Source: Candidatus Vampirococcus lugosii (GTDB taxonomy: Bacteria > Patescibacteriota > Gracilibacteria > Absconditabacterales > Absconditicoccaceae). From it: DNA of 9,990 nt. Both the position numbers and the translations under genes were made by a program. The notes below the pieces were generated by a model. It ran no database searches. It was not told the origin of the DNA and was given only the letters and a program-made list of their open reading frames with translations. Below are positions 6,171-9,990 of the stretch, one piece after another. Position 1 is the stretch's first letter. The number at the start of each line of letters is the position of its first letter. The stretch covers positions 1 to 9,990 of the forward strand of contig NZ_JAEDAM010000034.1 in the NCBI RefSeq assembly GCF_018420025.1. The letters run 5' to 3'.

Positions 6171-8508
6171 ATGAAAAATATTAAAACAAAAAAAATTAAT
6201 AAAAATAACTGAGTAATATTTTACAAAAAAGTTTTAAGTTTATCTATTTTTTTTACTGCATGAATATATATATTCAATATTCCTTTATGAAATAATTTCT
6301 TGGCAAATATATCTGATTATTGACTTGGATTATTAACTAATCAAGAAATTTTGGAAAATGTTGATAATATAAAAGATAATAGTGTTGTATGGCCATTGAG
6401 ACAAGTTACAGATCGATCAAAAGTTGTAAATTATGAAAAAACAAAAAATACTGATTGGAAGGATTTGGAAAATAACTTAAAAACTCCTTTTCCTAATAAG
6501 TTTTCTGATACAATAGAAAAATATAAATTTGTATCACCATATAATATATGGGCAACAATAACAAATCCACTGGAAAGAGAAAAAGTAATATTTTATAAAA
6601 GATTAATAACAACATTGTGGACAACAAGTTATTCTTGTAGTTTAGAATCTTGTGATCGGTGGATTCCAAATACTTGAACTCATGCTTGAATAGATATTGT
6701 ATCAAGTACATGAACTCCTGTATACAACAGTATGAATTGAATTGTAATGAGAAAACAAAGTTGAAATACATGATTTGGAAATTATTTAGTTATTCTTACT
6801 AATTTTAATTGAGAATTATTAGCTACATTTTATGCACATTTTGATGATTTTCATTGAAATATTAAAGAATGAGATATTATAAAAAAAATGACAACAAATT
6901 TGATATATATGAAATACATGAAGTTCAAGTACTCCACATTTACATTTTCAAATAAATAGTCTAGGTCCTATACAAGATATAAAAAAATTTACAGTTGCAC
7001 AAAAAATGTGGGAGTGATGGAGTGGTAATGATAAAACAATTGAAACAGTTAGAAATTCAACACTAAATCCTATAAGTTTTGTTGAAAAAAATCTTGGAAC
7101 AGTATGAGATGATTTACAAAGACAAGATATAAATGTAAACACAAATAATATAAATGAAAAAAATAATGAAAATATAAAAAAAGAAAATAAAAATGAAAAT
7201 GAAGATTTACTTCAACAAATTACTAAACAATTGGAACAAGAATATTCAAATAATATTCAACAAAACAATAACAATAAAAATATTAAAGAAGTATTGGAAA
7301 TAATAGAAATATCTAATCCAAAAATTGATAATAAATTAACATTATGAGATAATATAAAATTTACAGTAAAAACAAAATGAGAAGATTGAAATATTACTAT
7401 AAGTAGTAATAATGATGTATTGAAACCATCACAATATACAATTACACCAAAAAAAGAAAAAAATGAATATGAAGTATTAGTTTCAGCTCAAAATATATGA
7501 AATTGAAGAGTTGTTTTTAGTGATTGAAAATCAAATAAAGATTATTATTTCAGTGTATATCAAGATGTTCAAGAAATATTTAGTTTATGAATAAACTGAC
7601 CTGATACTATTTTTAATACTGTTAAACAAAAATTTACTATATATCCTATAGATAAATTATGAAATACTGTAAATTATAATTTAGATTGAAATATTAATAT
7701 AAGTCTTTTGGATAGAGAAACTAATAAATCATATGATTTAATGAATCAAAAAATAAATAAACAAAATAATTTATTTAAATTTGAAATACAAGCACCAAAA
7801 ATTAGTAATTATAGATTGATAGTAAATTTTAAAGATGAAAAAAATAATTTATCTGCAAATAAAAATCTAGAAAGCGATATATTTATAGATTACAGTAAAA
7901 ATGATAAATACTGAAATAGTATGAAAGAATTAAATAAAAAAGGTATTATAAAATGATTTGAATGAAAAATGATGCCAAATAATAATATAATAAGAGCAGA
8001 AATAATAACAACATTAGTAAGATATAAATATTGAGATGATTTTGAAAGATTTAAAAATGAAATGAATAAATATATAGAAAAAAACTGAATTTTCTTTGAA
8101 GATATAAATCCAGAAGCTCGGTATTCTCCATATATTTTTATGGCATATCAAGATTGAGTTGTAAAATGAGCAGGTTGAACTCATGCTAATCCTACTATTC
8201 AAGCACAAAAAGATGAACTTATTGCTTTATATTCTAGATTTTTTAATATTTCAAAAAAAGATCAATTTCCATCTTTTATTGATGTAAATCAAGATGATTG
8301 GTTTGTAGATTATGCAAATGCAGCCAAAAATTATAACTTATTCCCTTTTGAAAATAAAAATAAATTTGAATGAAGTGATTTTGTAAGTAGAGAAAAAGCT
8401 TTTGAAAGTCTTTATAGATATATGAATGTTTGAGAAAAAATGCAACCCAAAATTAAAACTACAGAACAAAAATTGGAAGATGCAGTAAAAGCACTAATTA
8501 ATTTCTAA
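6171..8508 (+). CDS. Membrane-anchored M23 (LytM) metallopeptidase with an N/K/E-rich linker, two beta-rich repeat regions and three C-terminal SLH domains. Interrupted by a +1 frameshift in an A8 run (6881-6888).
   Basis: Frame 0 reads MKNIKTKKINKNNGVIFYKKVLSLSIFFTAGIYIF (TM anchor) ...NTGTHAGIDIVSSTGTPVYNSMNGIVMRKQSGNTGFGNYLVILTNFNGELLATFYAHFDDFHGNIKEGDIIKK, then runs to a TAG at 6957-6959. Frame 1 from 6889 reads GQQIGYIGNTGSSSTPHLHFQI, completing the M23 motifs HxxxD ... HxH. It stays open to the TAA at 8506-8508, checked line by line. The C-terminus (~7882-8430) has three SLH-like units: FIDYSKNDKYGNSMKELNKKGIIKGFEGKMMPNNNIIRAEIITTLVRY; FEDINPEA(CGG)YSPYIFMAYQDGVVKGAGGTHANPTIQAQKDELIALYSRF; FIDVNQDDWFVDYANAAKNYNLFPFENKNKFEGSDFVSREKAFESLYRY. 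Confidence 0.85.
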
Positions 8509-8528
8509 AAAATTAAAATATAAATACA

Positions 8529-9545
8529 TTATTTATAAAATAATTCTTTGATTGTTTTATAATTTTGTCATCATTTTTCTATTATATTATCTGGTAATAC
8601 TACAGGTTTTCATTTTTTATCAGGATTTTTTTTCCAAAATTCCATAACATAATCTCTAATCACTTGTTTATCCAAAGACTCTGGTTCTTGTCATTGTACA
8701 AATCATTCTATTTTCCAAAATCTTGAAGAATCTGGAGTTAAAATTTCATCTATCAAATATAATTTTCATTTTGAATCTAATCAAAATTCAAATTTAGTAT
8801 CTCAAATCACAACTCAATTTTCATTAGCTAATTTATTAGCTTTTTCATAAATATTAATACTTATTTTTTTTATTTGTTCTGATAATTCTGTTGCATCTAT
8901 ATTATCAAATCATTCTTTCAATAAAAAATTATATAAATAATCTTCCATATTATCATAATTTATATTTATATCTCATTCATCAGATTTAGTAGATGGAGTA
9001 AAAATAGCTTTATTAAATTTACTACATTTTTGTAATCATTTTCAAATAAATTCAGAAGTACTTAATTTTCAAGTTTGTGAATCATATCATTTTAATGCCG
9101 AACCATATAAATATCATCTTACTATAGCTTCTATAGGTAGAGGATTAAGTTTTTTTACAATTTCAGTTCTATTTTTTAATTTATCTGGAAAATCACTAGG
9201 TCGTTCAGGATCAGCAATCATATGTGTATCCAAAAAATCAATAGTCCCAAACCAAAAACGAGATATTTGTGTAAGTGCTTCTCACTTACTTGGTATTAAT
9301 CAATAATGCACTACATCATGAGTTGATATTCTATCTGTTGCTATCATTATCAATAAATTTTTATCATCAGGATGTTGATATGTCTCTCTAACTTTTCATG
9401 AATGTAAATGAGTATATCTATCTGGCAACTTAAGACTATCTGTAATACAATCAGATAAACAAGAAGATAAATCAAATTTATTATTTTCAAAATTAGATTT
9501 TTTTATATCTTTTATCGAGTTTTCTAAATTTTCAATTTTTTTCAT
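8529..9545 (-). CDS. purC: Phosphoribosylaminoimidazole-succinocarboxamide (SAICAR) synthase PurC, long form.
   Basis: 338 aa with TGA=Gly. Motifs: ...LPDRYTHLHSGKVRETYQHPDDKNLLIMIATDRISTHDVV...IPSKGEALTQISRFWF...LPIEAIVRGYLYGSALKGY...AIFTPSTKSDEGD...[35 protein letters not shown]...ESLDKQVIRDY. All PurC signature blocks are present in order. The start is uncertain. The ATG at 9545 leaves ~49 aa before GKVRE. An in-frame TTG at ~9425-9423 would give a canonical short N-terminus. The frame also stays open upstream to 9818. Confidence 0.88.
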
Positions 9546-9903
9546 AATATAAAATATTATTATATAAATATATATATCTATATTAGATATATTTTTTTTA
9601 ATTAAATCAATATGTAATATATATTCAACTACTTCTAACCAGGCATACATTATATTTTTTAGCTTATATCACATATAATCTTCTTTCCTTAATTCTAATA
9701 TCATTTCTTTAACCTGAGCTCATACTATTTCCAATCATACCATAGCTAATCATATTGATGATAGTAATATATTATAATAATTATTTAGTCTTTCAACTTC
9801 ACTTCTTAAATGTATTTTCTATAAATTATATTCTTATTTTAAATATTTATATGTTTCTTCTATTAACCTCATCTTTGTAAACAAAAAATAATTTATTTTA
9901 TAC

Positions 9904-9990
9904 ATGTACTCAAAAAAAGAACATAAAAATCAGAAACTAACAGAAAAGAATCGTAAACATATTCGAAAACTATATTGTGATCAATGGTCT
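9904..9990 (+). CDS. N-terminal 29 codons of an unidentified protein. Possibly the HTH of an IS30-family transposase; truncated by the window edge.
   Basis: MYSKKEHKNQKLTEKNRKHIRKLYCDQWS loosely fits the IS30 N-terminal pattern hLT..eR..I..l.....S. The fragment is only 29 aa, so this is a guess. Confidence 0.25.
   Translation, partial: MYSKKEHKNQKLTEKNRKHIRKLYCDQWS

Noticed and set aside
6351-7914. Track ORFs 6351..6677 (+, 108 aa) and 7708..7914 (+, 68 aa) taken as independent small proteins.
   Set aside because: Both are in-frame pieces of the single large M23-SLH gene, delimited only by TGA codons that are read as Gly.
9396-9650. Track ORF 9396..9650 (-, 84 aa), starting MYAWLEVVEY...
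   Set aside because: It is not a separate gene. It is the 5' end of purC plus an in-frame upstream extension, cut off at the first TGA (=Gly). The ATG at 9545 or a later TTG is the more plausible purC start.
9560-9760. A purine or ZTP riboswitch upstream of purC (minus strand).
   Set aside because: Only a GCCUGG hexamer (plus-strand ccaggc at 9639-9644) resembles the ZTP pseudoknot core. The other conserved GC-rich elements of the ZTP and purine aptamers are absent.
1-9990. Alternative reading of TGA as Trp (table 4, Mycoplasma/Spiroplasma-like). This is tempting given the very low GC.
   Set aside because: TGA falls on invariant Gly positions ([29 protein letters not shown]). Trp at these positions would destroy the motifs. 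Conserved Trp positions use TGG.

Overview
Very AT-rich bacterial window (roughly 20-25% G+C by eye, not computed). It only makes sense if TGA is read as glycine, which is translation table 25 (Gracilibacteria / Absconditabacteria-SR1, CPR/Patescibacteria). TGA falls on invariant Gly positions of well-known motifs in at least seven genes, while TGG still covers conserved Trp. The supplied standard-code ORF track is therefore mostly in-frame fragments or antisense artefacts. Retranslated by hand, the window is densely coding: a comEA-like gene (-, runs off the left edge), rsmA/ksgA, an FNR-family oxidoreductase, rsmI, a GT-B glycosyltransferase with its two halves in swapped order, comFC (-), murG, a large membrane-anchored M23 peptidase with three C-terminal SLH domains, purC (-), and 29 codons of a possible IS30-like transposase at the right edge. 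Points worth a second look: (i) the code itself, plus a weak hint that CGG/CGA may also be recoded; (ii) an apparently circularly permuted glycosyltransferase; (iii) three housekeeping genes (rsmI, murG, M23 peptidase), each broken by one extra A in a poly(A) run and each needing the same +1 correction; (iv) a ComEA-like protein with a perfectly duplicated DNA-binding module separated by an acidic 18-aa tandem repeat; (v) the M23-SLH surface architecture. No rRNA, tRNA, CRISPR array, Shine-Dalgarno sequence or convincing intrinsic terminator was seen. All translations were done by eye and no database search was possible.
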